Shown piece by piece: positions 10,462 through 20,587 of a DNA stretch of 64,000 nt (position 1 is the first letter of the stretch; every line of letters begins with the position of its first letter). This stretch comes from Gammaproteobacteria bacterium. GTDB taxonomy: Bacteria; Pseudomonadota; Gammaproteobacteria; Ga0077536. A program made the translations under genes and the position numbers. The notes under the pieces were generated by a model. It searched no databases. It saw nothing but the letters and a program-made list of their open reading frames with translations, and was not told where the DNA came from. Location of the stretch: positions 1,248,001-1,312,000 of the forward strand of contig CAXXLL010000003.1 in assembly GCA_963662545.2 (NCBI GenBank), written 5' to 3'.

Positions 10462-11628
10462 ATGTCCGTATCGCGGCTTGAGAACATTACGAAGATAGGC
10501 GTGGAAGAAATGGGAGACCTTGCTGATGGTCTCCACGACCCCGAAATCTTGCGCTTAGAGAACCTTGACACCGACCTGCGGCCCCCTGAATCAGCGCTCA
10601 AATTTACGAAGGCCGCCATCGACGACGATACGGCAAACAGTTATCTGCCATTCCTCGGCCTCGATTCGGCACGGCAAGCTGCGGCCGCGCTAGTCGGAAA
10701 GCATGCGGGATGCACATACGACTGGCGAACCGAATGCGTCATTAGCGCGGGTGGCTTAGCGGGAGTCCTTAATGTCTTGCTCGCGACGTTGGAACCCGGT
10801 GACGAAGTGCTGATGACTGATCCGATTTACGTTGGTCTGATCAACCGTGTGCGTCTCGCGGGTGGGGTACCTAGATTTGTACCGCTGATTGCTTCACCGC
10901 AAGGATGGCGCCTAGATAAAAACGCCCTGGGAAAAATCGACCCGTTATCTGTAAAAGCCGCGTTGTTAATGAGCCCTGCGATGCCGACAGGAGCTGTTTT
11001 CGACGATAGCGAATGGCAGGCTCTGACAGATTTCTGCAAGCGCGCCGATTGCTGGTTGATTAACGACTCTGCAATGGAGCGAATCCTCTTCGACGGGAGG
11101 CGAGTTATTCATCCTGCGGCACTTCCAGAAATGCGAGATAAAGTTCTCACCGTTGGATCTGCATCAAAGGAATACCGCATGATCGGATGGCGTGTAGGTT
11201 GGGTGGTTGGGCCAGCTCGAATACTGGCAGACATAGCGCGTGTAAGTATCACGAATGTCGTCTGCCAGACAGGCATTGCTATGGGCGCCGTCGCGACCGC
11301 GATTCGTGACCCCAATGATGGGATCAAATCATGTGTCGAGGAGTGGCAGCGCCGGCGCGACTTGCTGATTGCAGAATTGCAAGAATTTGCTGTTGTCCCC
11401 CCTCACGGTGGATGGTCGTTTCTAATCGATGTGTCCCCGCTCGGCATCGACGGACCGTCTGCATCGAAGCAATTGTTAGATCGTGGAAAAGTAGCGACGA
11501 CTGCGATGCTTAATTGGGGAGGACCCGATAGCAGCAAATACGTCCGAATCGTATTCGCTAATGAACCCCTGGAACGATTGAAGGGGGTCGGGAAACGGTT
11601 TCGAAACGCGTTAATATCGAGTATGTAA
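10462..11628 (+). CDS. PLP-dependent aminotransferase class I/II
   Basis: LEPGDEVLMTDP, PAMPTGAV, SASKEYRMIGWRVGW (PLP lysine). Confidence 0.92.
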   Translation: MSVSRLENITKIGVEEMGDLADGLHDPEILRLENLDTDLRPPESALKFTKAAIDDDTANSYLPFLGLDSARQAAAALVGKHAGCTYDWRTECVISAGGLAGVLNVLLATLEPGDEVLMTDPIYVGLINRVRLAGGVPRFVPLIASPQGWRLDKNALGKIDPLSVKAALLMSPAMPTGAVFDDSEWQALTDFCKRADCWLINDSAMERILFDGRRVIHPAALPEMRDKVLTVGSASKEYRMIGWRVGWVVGPARILADIARVSITNVVCQTGIAMGAVATAIRDPNDGIKSCVEEWQRRRDLLIAELQEFAVVPPHGGWSFLIDVSPLGIDGPSASKQLLDRGKVATTAMLNWGGPDSSKYVRIVFANEPLERLKGVGKRFRNALISSM

Positions 11629-11783
11629 TCTCATAGCCTTTGGGTGCTCGTGAGTGACCGAATAGTCGAAAATCCGGGTAACAAGTCGTGTATGGAAGCC
11701 TTCCGCAAGTAGAGACGAAGAAACGTTGTAGACGATTGAAATAGTTCGCGGTCGTGTATCCAGCCTCATTGTGGCTTTTTGAT

Positions 11784-11910
11784 GGATATAGGTGACGGAG
11801 GGATTAAGGATATAGGTGACGGAGGGATTAAAACTTAATCCCTCCGTCACCGTCCGTCACCTTATTGCCGTCCGTCACCTTATTGCCGTCCGTCACCTTA
11901 TTGCCGTCAC
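11784..11910. repeat. Composite tandem/inverted repeat cluster
   Basis: 2x 24-bp GGATATAGGTGACGGAGGGATTAA, perfect 17-bp inverted arm TTAATCCCTCCGTCACC, then 3x 18-bp CCGTCCGTCACCTTATTG. Confidence 0.9.
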
Positions 11911-12289
11911 GTAGAACTTCGGCGCAGCGAAAGTATGGAGTTTATCAACAGAATTGGCCGACAGCGGTCATCACGGATTTGCGTTTGCACACCGCCAATT
12001 TGCTGTACCTAGCTGTGCGCACACCCGCTGTAGCTCCCGTAACTACCAACCATCGCCTATCGAACAACGCAAAATTCGTCTCATGTCCGCCACATAACGA
12101 TTCAATCGATCCTCGTAGACTAAATGCGCGACCGACGCATGCTCTAAAAGGGGCCGTTATTCGGCCTCATAAACTCCGCAGCATCGATTCTTTTACGCAG
12201 ATGCCCGGGGCAGTCGATCGCGCTTAAAATGGGTGCTCAATGAATCTTCAAAAACGCGCACAGATGAATCCGTGCGTAAGGAGGCGCAG

Positions 12290-12769
12290 ATGATCAAGGG
12301 CCTGCACCACAGCGCGTACCGCTGCCGAGATACCGAAGAGACCCGCAAGTTCTATGAGGATTTCCTCGGCCTGCCGTTCGTCGAGGCGTTATGGATCGAA
12401 GAGACGAAAACCGCCCGCACCACCAACGTGTTGCATACGTTTTTCCAGATGGACGACGGCTCGTGCCTCGCATTCTTCGAGGTGCCACACGAACCATTCG
12501 AGTTCAAAGATCAACACGATTATGACTTACATATCGCATTAATCATTGAACCGCCAGTCTTAGAGCCGATGCTGGAGAAGGGTAAATCGCTCGGGATCGA
12601 ATCGCGCGGGATCGCGGATCACGGATTTACCGATTCCATCTACTTTCGCGATCCCAACGGCTATGTCGTCGAGCTGTGTGCGCCGAAAACCAAAGCTGAT
12701 TCGGAGTTCTTCGACGCAGCTAAGGCGAAAGATACGCTTGCAAATTGGCAGCGGTCGAAGAGCGCCTAA
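12290..12769 (+). CDS. VOC/glyoxalase family protein
   Basis: GLHHSAYRC, FYEDFLGLP, LHIAL, SIYFRDPNGYVVEL; AAGGAGG RBS before 12290. Confidence 0.9.
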   Translation: MIKGLHHSAYRCRDTEETRKFYEDFLGLPFVEALWIEETKTARTTNVLHTFFQMDDGSCLAFFEVPHEPFEFKDQHDYDLHIALIIEPPVLEPMLEKGKSLGIESRGIADHGFTDSIYFRDPNGYVVELCAPKTKADSEFFDAAKAKDTLANWQRSKSA

Positions 12770-12777
12770 ACCCCAAA

Positions 12778-13836
12778 CTAGGCGCGCGCTTCCAGCACCA
12801 TATTCGTCGGCGTCTCCGTCGCGCGACGCACGCGCGAGAATCCGGCTTCGTTGAGTATTTCCGTCAAGCGCTTTTCGCCCGCCTGCGCACCCAGGCCGAG
12901 ACCGACTTCCTGTGCCCGCGACGTCGGCACGCAGACGGTGGTCGAGAAACCATAGAAAATACCTGCCAGTACGTGCAGGTTATCGACGAGCTTATCGCCC
13001 GCCATGGGCTCGACCAGCATAAATGTGCCGTCGGGCTTTAATGATTGCTTGATGTGACCCGCGGCACCAACGGGGTCGCCCATGTCGTGCAGCGCATCGA
13101 AAATGCACGCAAGATCGTAATCGTCCCCGGGAAATCCCTTTGCGGTGACCACTTCGAATTCGGCATTCGTTACGCCCACGTCCCGCGCGCTGGCCCTCGC
13201 TTTCTCGATCGAGGGCTCATGAAAGTCAAAGCCGTACACCTTGGAATTCGGGAAGGACTGCGCCATTAGGATGGTCGAGGAACCGAGGCCGCAGCCGATA
13301 TCGGCGATCTTCGCTCCTGCTATCAGCTTTTCTTCGACGCCTTCGAGTGCGGTGATCCAGTTTTCGACGAGATTCGCTACGTAGCCGGCCCGGAAGAACC
13401 GATCGGTGCCACAAAAACAGCAGCCATGGTGATCGGACCAAGGCCGCCCGCGGCCCGATTGGAACACGTCGACTGCGGTATCGTGCGTCGCATACTGGCC
13501 GACCACCGCCTGAAAAAAGCCTTGCATACACGTCGGTTCACCCTCGTGAGAGAAGATCGCCGCTTGCTCCGGCGACAAGCTGAACGTGTCGTCTTCGGGA
13601 TGATAGGTGACGTAGCCGGCCGCTGCGTTAGAGGACAGCCATTCTCGTAAGTACCGCGCATCCACGTTCGCTTTCTGTGCGAGCGCTTCGTGTCCACAGG
13701 GCCCGAAGGACTCGAGCGCGCGGTACACACCCGATTGATCGCCTATGTAGGCCATTAAGAGACCGATCGCGCCGCCGACGTCCGTCAGGACTTTGCCTTG
13801 GAGTTCTTCGAATTTCGTCTGGTCAAAATGTTCCAT
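12778..13836 (-). CDS. Class I SAM-dependent methyltransferase with N-terminal winged helix (Rv2258c-like)
   Basis: RYLREWL, ADIGCGLG, FDALHDMGDP, LGAQAGE. Confidence 0.9.
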   Translation of the reverse strand: MEHFDQTKFEELQGKVLTDVGGAIGLLMAYIGDQSGVYRALESFGPCGHEALAQKANVDARYLREWLSSNAAAGYVTYHPEDDTFSLSPEQAAIFSHEGEPTCMQGFFQAVVGQYATHDTAVDVFQSGRGRPWSDHHGCCFCGTDRFFRAGYVANLVENWITALEGVEEKLIAGAKIADIGCGLGSSTILMAQSFPNSKVYGFDFHEPSIEKARASARDVGVTNAEFEVVTAKGFPGDDYDLACIFDALHDMGDPVGAAGHIKQSLKPDGTFMLVEPMAGDKLVDNLHVLAGIFYGFSTTVCVPTSRAQEVGLGLGAQAGEKRLTEILNEAGFSRVRRATETPTNMVLEARA

Positions 13837-14222
13837 TGTCTTTTCCTTTCTGGCTCCCTTTTTATGTTATCCGCCGACTTTAGTGCTTGTGCATTCGAGT
13901 CGCAATATTACTGATCAGAGTATGGGCTTAGTCATCGAAGCTGCGCAATGATTCGCTCTCGACGTGGGTATGTGACGATCTCGGGCACAACGACGAATAC
14001 GCTGCAGAACTCGAACATTACCTGTGTCTCTAGGAGAAGGCGAATGGTCAGCTGCGGAAGAACTCCGTGAGGCGCAGCGCCTTTTCAGTGACTCAGCGCT
14101 CATGGCCACGCAGAACGAATTTCGGCTGTAATGAAGAATTGAGTTCCGTGGGTATCACGCACCGAAGAAGAAACACCTCGCGTGCTCTATTTACTCGATG
14201 CCTCCAGGGTCCGCTCCGGGTC

Positions 14223-15907
14223 CAGAGTGTGTGAAAACTCTGCATCAGATAAGATCACTCTTTCGGTCCTGGGGAGTCGTTGATGAGCGGGTTCATTGAA
14301 GGCGCGGACCGCCGCCAAACAACGCTGTTTCCCGAGTGTCTGGACGATTATGTCGCTGAGGAGAGTGCGGTGCGGGTCATCGATGTGTTCGTCGATGAGT
14401 TGGATCTGTCAGGTCTGAGTTTCAGAACCGATGCGCATGAGACGGGTCGACCGGGGTATCACCCGGCGACGATGCTGAAGCTCTATATCTACGGTTACCT
14501 GAACCGGGTTCAATCGAGCCGTCGCCTGGAACGGGAGGCGCAGCGGAACGTGGAACTGATGTGGCTGACGGGTCGTCTGGCGCCTGATTTCAAGACCATT
14601 GCCGATTTCCGCAAAGATAACGGTGACGCCATTCGTCTGGTATGCCGGGAGTTCGTGATGCTGTGCCGTAAGCTGCAGCTGTTTTCGGAAGCCTTCGTGG
14701 CGATAGATGGCAGCAAGTTCAAAGCGGTAAACAACCGTGACCGGAACTTCACGAAGGCGAAGCTGAAACGTCGGTTGCAGCAGATTGACGAGAGCGTTGA
14801 GCGGTACCTGGCGGAAATTGCAAGTGCCGACCGCCAGGAGCGTGCGGTGTCAGGTGACAAGTCGCAGCGTTTGAAGGACAAGATCGAGGTACTGAAGGAA
14901 GAGATAGGCCGCCTAAAAAAGCTCGAGGTACGGCTCGAGGAGACGCCGGACCATCAGGTCTCACTGACGGACCCGGACGCGCGCTCGATGGCGACGAGCG
15001 GCCGTGGCAGCGGCATGGTGGGGTACAACGTGCAGACGGCGGTCGACACGAAGAGTCATCTGATTGTGGCACATGAAGTGACGAACGTAGGTCATGACCG
15101 GGCGCAACTGTCGAACATGTCGGAGAAAGCCAAAGAGGCGCTGGATAAGAAGGAGTTGACCGTCGTTGCGGATCGCGGGTACTTCAGTGGCGAAGAGATC
15201 TTGGCGTGCGCTAAAGCCGGCATCACGACCTATCTGCCGAAACCGCAGACCTCGGGTAACCAGGCGAAGGGCTTGTTTGGCAAGCGCGACTTCATTTACC
15301 AACCCGAAGAGGATGCGTATGAATGCCCGGCCGGTGAGCGACTGATTTACCGGTTCACCCGAGTGGAGAAAGGCAAGCAGATCCGGCGCTACTGGAGTTC
15401 GGCGTGTCCCCGCTGCCCGATCAAATCTAAATGCACAACGGGTCGATACCGGCGCGTCAGCCGTTGGGAACATGAAGCGGTTGTTGAAGCGGTGCAGGCG
15501 CGATTGGATCGTGAACCTGACCCTATGCGTGTCCGCCGAGAGACGGTCGAGCATCCATTTGGCACGATCAAATCCTGGATGGGTTCGACCCACTTCCAGA
15601 TGCGCACGCTGAAACACGTTGGTACGGAAATGAGTCTGCACGTGCTCGCTTACAACATGAAACGCGTGATGAATCTACTGGGTGTCGCTACGCTCATCGA
15701 AGCGATGACGGCATGAGACCCTCTGTGGCCTCGAAAACTCCCTGATCCACGGCTTCACTGCCGGCTTCTGGGGCCGTTCTAAGGAATGTTCCATTAACTA
15801 ACCGATCGCATTGGACCGCGAGCGCGGCCGTCGTAACCGCGCCGCGTTGCGTCTGACGAGGAGTTCTCGACGTGATTCCTCTTCATTCCGAGTTTTCACA
15901 CACTCTG
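14223..15907 (+). mobile_element. Complete IS1182-family insertion sequence
   Basis: Perfect 18-bp TIRs CAGAGTGTGTGAAAACTC / GAGTTTTCACACACTCTG; 4-bp GGTC target duplication (14219-14222, 15908-15911); intact transposase. Confidence 0.95.
14283..15716 (+). CDS. IS1182 family transposase
   Basis: GRPGYHP..MLKLYIYGY, PDFKTIADFR, AIDGSK, SLTDPDAR, ADRGY, VEHPFGTIK. Confidence 0.96.
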   Translation: MSGFIEGADRRQTTLFPECLDDYVAEESAVRVIDVFVDELDLSGLSFRTDAHETGRPGYHPATMLKLYIYGYLNRVQSSRRLEREAQRNVELMWLTGRLAPDFKTIADFRKDNGDAIRLVCREFVMLCRKLQLFSEAFVAIDGSKFKAVNNRDRNFTKAKLKRRLQQIDESVERYLAEIASADRQERAVSGDKSQRLKDKIEVLKEEIGRLKKLEVRLEETPDHQVSLTDPDARSMATSGRGSGMVGYNVQTAVDTKSHLIVAHEVTNVGHDRAQLSNMSEKAKEALDKKELTVVADRGYFSGEEILACAKAGITTYLPKPQTSGNQAKGLFGKRDFIYQPEEDAYECPAGERLIYRFTRVEKGKQIRRYWSSACPRCPIKSKCTTGRYRRVSRWEHEAVVEAVQARLDREPDPMRVRRETVEHPFGTIKSWMGSTHFQMRTLKHVGTEMSLHVLAYNMKRVMNLLGVATLIEAMTA

Positions 15908-15929
15908 GGTCGACTCCGGACTCGTGCAG

Positions 15930-16085
15930 TACAGTATCGCGCGACCGCCTACGGCAGTATTGCGGACCCTCATCTCGTAAAGCCCGATTGCAAAGTGCGG
16001 TGTTCATGCGGCGGCAACTGTCAGGTCAGATTGAATCCAGGATGCCAATCTGTAAGAACGAGTCCAAGTTTTTACAATTAATACG
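15930..16085 (+). repeat. Unrecognised dispersed repeat (copy 1 of 3)
   Basis: Core TCTGTAAGAACGAGTCCAAGTTTTTACA at 16049-16076; similar copies at 29630-29657 (minus) and 31527-31554 (plus). Confidence 0.7.
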
Positions 16086-16291
16086 AAGGAGGTTAGCGTA
16101 AGAGATTCATTGAAACTCCATTTCGCGGAACCTCGGTCATCGAAGTTCATTACAAGTCGATGCGATCGCACTTTGTAAGAAAAGTCAGCGCCGGATTTGA
16201 GACTTGTAATCAATCGCGTCTTTGAGCTTAAAGGAAATTTTTAGTCAACCGTCCGATCCTAAAATACCTTAGATTGAGATTTTGACCCGAC

Positions 16292-16585
16292 GTGTCTTCG
16301 TTTTACCAATGGGACGGCGACGTCCTGATCCTCAACATCCGCGGGACGGCCGGTGCGAAGCGGGATATGATCGGCAAGGTCATAGGCGATCAGCTCAAGG
16401 TCAGCGTAAAGGCGGCGCCCGAGGCCGGCAAGGCGACGAAATACATGGTGCGCTTTCTCGCCGGAGAATTTGGCGTTTCCTCTCGGGATATCGAAGTCGT
16501 TTTCGGAGCGACGAATGTCAAGAAACAATTTCGGATCAAGGCACCGACACGGCTGCCGTCGGTGATTGAGCGGGACGGCGGCTGA
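16292..16585 (+). CDS. DUF167/YggU family protein
   Basis: LKVSVKAAPEAGKAT...FLAGEFGVS..I....G....K pattern. Confidence 0.85.
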   Translation: MSSFYQWDGDVLILNIRGTAGAKRDMIGKVIGDQLKVSVKAAPEAGKATKYMVRFLAGEFGVSSRDIEVVFGATNVKKQFRIKAPTRLPSVIERDGG

Positions 16586-16656
16586 GAGAGGGTCGAGCGC
16601 GGCCGGCACACGAACAATTCGCGGTTCCGTTTCGACCTCTTCGACGGCGCGCCGTT

Positions 16657-17427
16657 TCAGCGCAGTCGCCGGTAAGCGCCCGGTGATCGCCGCCGCCTGC
16701 CGTAATAAGGATGGCGTGCAAGAAGTTTGAGGTCGCGAAACCCCAGCACCAGGATGGCACCGGCGACGAAGCCCCCGACATGCGCCCAAAACGCGACTCC
16801 GCCGCCCTCCGCGCCGATTGAAATGACCCCACCTAAGAACTGGATCAGAAACCAGTAGCCGAGCATCCAAATGGCCGGGATCGCGAAGGTCGTGACGTAA
16901 AAGCCGAACCAGAACAGCATGTGGACGTTTACCCGCGGATAAAGCACGACGTAAGCGCCCATCACCCCGCCAATCGCACCCGAAGCGCCGACCATGGGTA
17001 TCCCCGATGCGGGATCCGACACCATCTGCAGTACGGCCGCGGCCAGGCCACAAAGCAGATAGAACACAACGAAGCGGCCGTGGCCCATGGAGTCTTCCAC
17101 ATTGTTGCCGAAGATCCAGAGGAACCACATGTTACCGATTAGGTGCATCCAGCTGCCGTGCAGGAACATGTGGGACAACATCGAGATCCAGTTCGCGCCA
17201 TCGGTAATACTGCAATAGGTACGCGGCCCGACGAGCATCCGCGTACCCGGTTCGAGGGTATTCAGCAGTTCACCCGGTATGAGTCCAAGCGTACAGACTG
17301 AGCGCGCGAGCGCGGGCTCGGTACCCAGGCCCTGCACCGCCAACCAGGCGATCGCGTTGAGGGCGATGATGCTGACGGTGACATAGGGCGTCAGGAAGTG
17401 GGGATTATCGTCGCGGATTGGAATCAT
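16657..17427 (-). CDS. Rhomboid family intramembrane serine protease
   Basis: MIPIRDDNP, MFLHGSWMHLIGNM, GASGAI (catalytic Ser), AFWAHVGGF (catalytic His). Confidence 0.95.
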   Translation of the reverse strand: MIPIRDDNPHFLTPYVTVSIIALNAIAWLAVQGLGTEPALARSVCTLGLIPGELLNTLEPGTRMLVGPRTYCSITDGANWISMLSHMFLHGSWMHLIGNMWFLWIFGNNVEDSMGHGRFVVFYLLCGLAAAVLQMVSDPASGIPMVGASGAIGGVMGAYVVLYPRVNVHMLFWFGFYVTTFAIPAIWMLGYWFLIQFLGGVISIGAEGGGVAFWAHVGGFVAGAILVLGFRDLKLLARHPYYGRRRRSPGAYRRLR

Positions 17428-17589
17428 CGTTTTTATCGGGTATGGATTACGCGGCGAGAGCTTAGCGTGAGATCCTTGCTATTCGCATTTGGTTCCACCG
17501 ATCGAAATATGGAATAGCCGTGCAAATGTGAGACAGATTAATGTTTACCCGCGGGCGGATGAATCAAGCCCGTCGGACAAAACCCGCCA

Positions 17590-18627
17590 CTAAGAAGTCT
17601 CCGTCGCGCTGTTATCGATCTGCGCGAGAAGCGTTCCGGCGTTCGACCCATCGAACAGTGCATCATAGATCTGCGGAAGATTCTCGAACCCCGATCGGAG
17701 GTCTTCACGATGCACGATCTGGCCACTCTCGGTCCATGCTCTCAGATCCTTGATGGCTTCCGGAAATCTGTCGGCGTAATTACGCGACAGAAATCCCTGC
17801 ATGGTGATGCTGCCGTAGATCAAGCGCATCATGTTGCGCGGGCCTTCAGGCGGTTTGTCGTCGTTGTAACTTGAAATCTGTCCGCAAAGAACAATGCGAC
17901 CAAACGGCGCCATGTTGTCGATTGCAGCCTGCAGGATCTCACCGCCCACGTTGTCGAAAAAAATGTCAATGCCGTCCGGGCATAAGTCGGCCAGCCGTTT
18001 AGCGACCGGTTCCGACTTATAATCGATCGCTGCATCGAGTTTGCAGGTATCCGTGAGCCAGCGGAACTTTTCCGCTCCTCCGGCGATGCCGATCACGCGG
18101 CATTCTTTGATCTTCCCCACCTGCGCAGCGATGGATCCGGTCGAACCCGCCGCCGCGGATACGACGAGCGTATCACCGGCTTGCGGGCGGCCGACCTCGA
18201 GCAAGCCGCAATAACCCGTCAAGCTGTTCAATCCGAACCGGCCCATGGCCTCGACGAAGCTCAGGCCGTCGTCGATGACGCGTATGGGCAGAGCGCCGGT
18301 CGAGATGACCTGGTAATCCTGCCAGCTACCCATGGTGGCGACGCGCGAACCGGCAGGATATTGCGGATCGGCGGACTCAAGGACTCGCGCCACAGACGGC
18401 GCCATTACCGGCGCACCGAGAGGAATCGAGGGGTAGAGGCTGTTGCCCGGCGGGTCCATCCAGTTGCGCATGGTCGGCGCGCACAGCAACACGACGTTGC
18501 GCAGCAGGATCTGACCGGGTTCAAGCGCCGCTTCGGGCATCTTCCCCTCACTGTATTCGAAGTCGTCCTGCTTGATCCTGCCTTGAGGCCTTCTCTTGAG
18601 CAGCCATTGCCGATTGATTTCAGACAT
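17590..18627 (-). CDS. NADP-dependent oxidoreductase (CurA/prostaglandin reductase-like MDR)
   Basis: NRQWLLKRRP, VVSAAAGSTGS, GIDIFFDNVGG, RIVLCGQIS. Confidence 0.92.
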   Translation of the reverse strand: MSEINRQWLLKRRPQGRIKQDDFEYSEGKMPEAALEPGQILLRNVVLLCAPTMRNWMDPPGNSLYPSIPLGAPVMAPSVARVLESADPQYPAGSRVATMGSWQDYQVISTGALPIRVIDDGLSFVEAMGRFGLNSLTGYCGLLEVGRPQAGDTLVVSAAAGSTGSIAAQVGKIKECRVIGIAGGAEKFRWLTDTCKLDAAIDYKSEPVAKRLADLCPDGIDIFFDNVGGEILQAAIDNMAPFGRIVLCGQISSYNDDKPPEGPRNMMRLIYGSITMQGFLSRNYADRFPEAIKDLRAWTESGQIVHREDLRSGFENLPQIYDALFDGSNAGTLLAQIDNSATETS

Positions 18628-18912
18628 CGATTGATTCCTTAGCTTTCGTGTTTCGTCGGGAACCCGCGGTTCGCACGGGCGCCGGAGAGGGTATTGAAGA
18701 CACTCACGATCGTTTGATTCGTCGCACAAACGACTCTCAATCCTCCTGACCGGAGAATACAATTACCTATTTCAACACGTTACATGCTTTCGTTTTGTGG
18801 GTGTTTCGAATCGAGAGCCGCGATTCGGGGCGGTTCGCGGGTGTCTCGAATCGGAGACAAGGGTGTCAAGTATATTGGGGATCTTGAATGGCGGATGGGA
18901 AATCTTGCTTCG

Positions 18913-19278
18913 ATGCTGGAGTTCTACGGGCGGATCGCGCGGCGGCTGCAGGGCGCAAAGCCGATTTTCAGGGTGATTGCGGCGCTAGGCGCGGTTGCCT
19001 TCTTCATTCTCGTCTTCCTGCCGGACGTGCCGGTCGGTCCAACGTATGCTTTTCTGGCGATTACCATTGCCCTGTCGTCATTCTTTCTCGTCTTGGTGGT
19101 CAATCTTTTCTCCACGCCAGTGCCCGTCATCGAGCCCGGGTTCAGCCTGCTGGCCAGGTTCAGGATCCGACTGCGACGCGCCATGCTCTTGATATCAGCC
19201 GTTGTATTGAGCGCGATGGCGCTCACCATCGTGGTGTATTCCTTCATCGCTATGGGCGGTCTCCTCAGAAATCTTTGA
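18913..19278 (+). CDS. Hypothetical membrane protein (3 TM)
   Basis: Three hydrophobic segments; heads a run of same-strand genes; start uncertain. Confidence 0.55.
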   Translation: MLEFYGRIARRLQGAKPIFRVIAALGAVAFFILVFLPDVPVGPTYAFLAITIALSSFFLVLVVNLFSTPVPVIEPGFSLLARFRIRLRRAMLLISAVVLSAMALTIVVYSFIAMGGLLRNL

Positions 19279-19336
19279 ATGCGATGTCGGATACCGCTTG
19301 GTCAATCGACATCACCACGCTTTAAGGCGACACGGT

Positions 19337-19879
19337 TTGGCGACCGTAATCACGCATGCGATCGCCGCAGGGGCATTGAGCATCATCGCGCCAAGTGCGC
19401 TGCCGCGCGCTCGGCTTGCGCTTACGCTGGCCATCCTTTCCGCGGCCCCCGATGTCGACGTGATCGGCTTTCACTTTGGCATTGCTTATGGGGATCAGCT
19501 GGGCCATCGCGGTTTTACACATCCGATCCTGTTCGCAGCGATCACAGCCTTTGTGGCACCGTTCATCGCGTTTCCCCGCCTTCCCCGGCTCTCGCGCACT
19601 TGGTGGACCCTGGTCGGACTCCTGTTCGTCGCGACCGTTTCGCACGGGATCCTCGACGCGTTCACCGACGCAGGCCTGGGCATTGGCTTTTTCATTCCGT
19701 TCGACGACACGCGCTATTTCGCACCGTGGCGGCCACTCGCCACGTCGCCGCTCGACATCGGCGCCTTCATCAACGGCCCGGCAGGGCGAATTCTCATCAA
19801 CGAATTGACCTGGGTCGGATTACCGCTGGCGGGATTCCTCGGTCTCTGGCACTTTATCCGGTGGCGGCGAGGCCGCTGA
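19337..19879 (+). CDS. Membrane-bound metal-dependent hydrolase (YbcI/YdjM-like)
   Basis: TVITHA, PDVDV, GHRGFTH, SHGILDAFT, RYFAPWRP. Confidence 0.88.
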   Translation: MATVITHAIAAGALSIIAPSALPRARLALTLAILSAAPDVDVIGFHFGIAYGDQLGHRGFTHPILFAAITAFVAPFIAFPRLPRLSRTWWTLVGLLFVATVSHGILDAFTDAGLGIGFFIPFDDTRYFAPWRPLATSPLDIGAFINGPAGRILINELTWVGLPLAGFLGLWHFIRWRRGR

Positions 19880-20002
19880 TGGTGTGCCTCGAATTTTCCC
19901 GATGATTTATGTAGCCTGGTTCACTTACGCTTTGGACTCTCTGATCGCTGATCGACACCCGTGTCGCGAATCCTCCGCACGCTCCGCCTGATGAGCCGGG
20001 CG

Positions 20003-20458
20003 ATGAGCATTCCGTTTTTCAAGTCGCCGGCCGCGCTAAGCGCTCTGCTCTGCGTGATACTGTCCACGAACTGCCATGCCGAGATCCACCGGTGGACGGA
20101 CAACGACGGTAAGATTCATTTCAGTGACAAGCCGCCCGGCGACGTCGAATCCACGGTCGTTGAAATTCGTATCAACACTTACGAGACGCCGAGCATCGAA
20201 GGGTTGGCGGCCGTATTCGAACGTGCCGACAAGATCGTCATGTACGCCACGAGCTGGTGCGGCGTCTGCCGCAAGGCCAGAAGTTATTTTCGTGCCAATG
20301 GCATCGCCTTTACCGAGTTCGACGTCGAGAACAGCGCCCGGGGGAAGCGCGAATTCAAGCGCTTAGGCGGGCGCGGCGTGCCCGTGATCCTGGTCGGCAA
20401 GAAAAGACTCAACGGTTTCAATCGAACGGCGTTTGAAAGCATTTACGGCCAACCTTGA
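20003..20458 (+). CDS. Exported DUF4124 + glutaredoxin-domain protein
   Basis: Signal peptide, IHRWTDNDGKIHFSDKPP, WCGVC, GVPVI. Confidence 0.88.
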   Translation: MSIPFFKSPAALSALLCVILSTNCHAEIHRWTDNDGKIHFSDKPPGDVESTVVEIRINTYETPSIEGLAAVFERADKIVMYATSWCGVCRKARSYFRANGIAFTEFDVENSARGKREFKRLGGRGVPVILVGKKRLNGFNRTAFESIYGQP

Positions 20459-20587
20459 GCGCGCGTGCCCCTCGCCAGTAAAACGCAATGACTCACCCGC
20501 GCCGCAGCGTAAGATCCATGCGTTCGATGCACGCGGCTCAAGATACGCATGCCGCATGCCGGCGCGAGCACTGAGTGTCCTCTCACG

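Noticed and set aside
11784-11910. Possible CRISPR or coding repeat (ORFs 11611-11850 and 11865-12227)
   Set aside because: No spacers; the ORFs merely translate the repeats and lack recognisable motifs.
13950-14131. Possible gene remnant left of the IS1182
   Set aside because: Only short, interrupted protein-like frames with no recognisable family.
15872-16081. Cys-rich small ORFs 15872-16081 and 29562-29777 that resemble each other
   Set aside because: The similarity is explained by the shared DNA repeat; starts and stops are not conserved and the third copy is internally deleted, so I treated them as non-coding.
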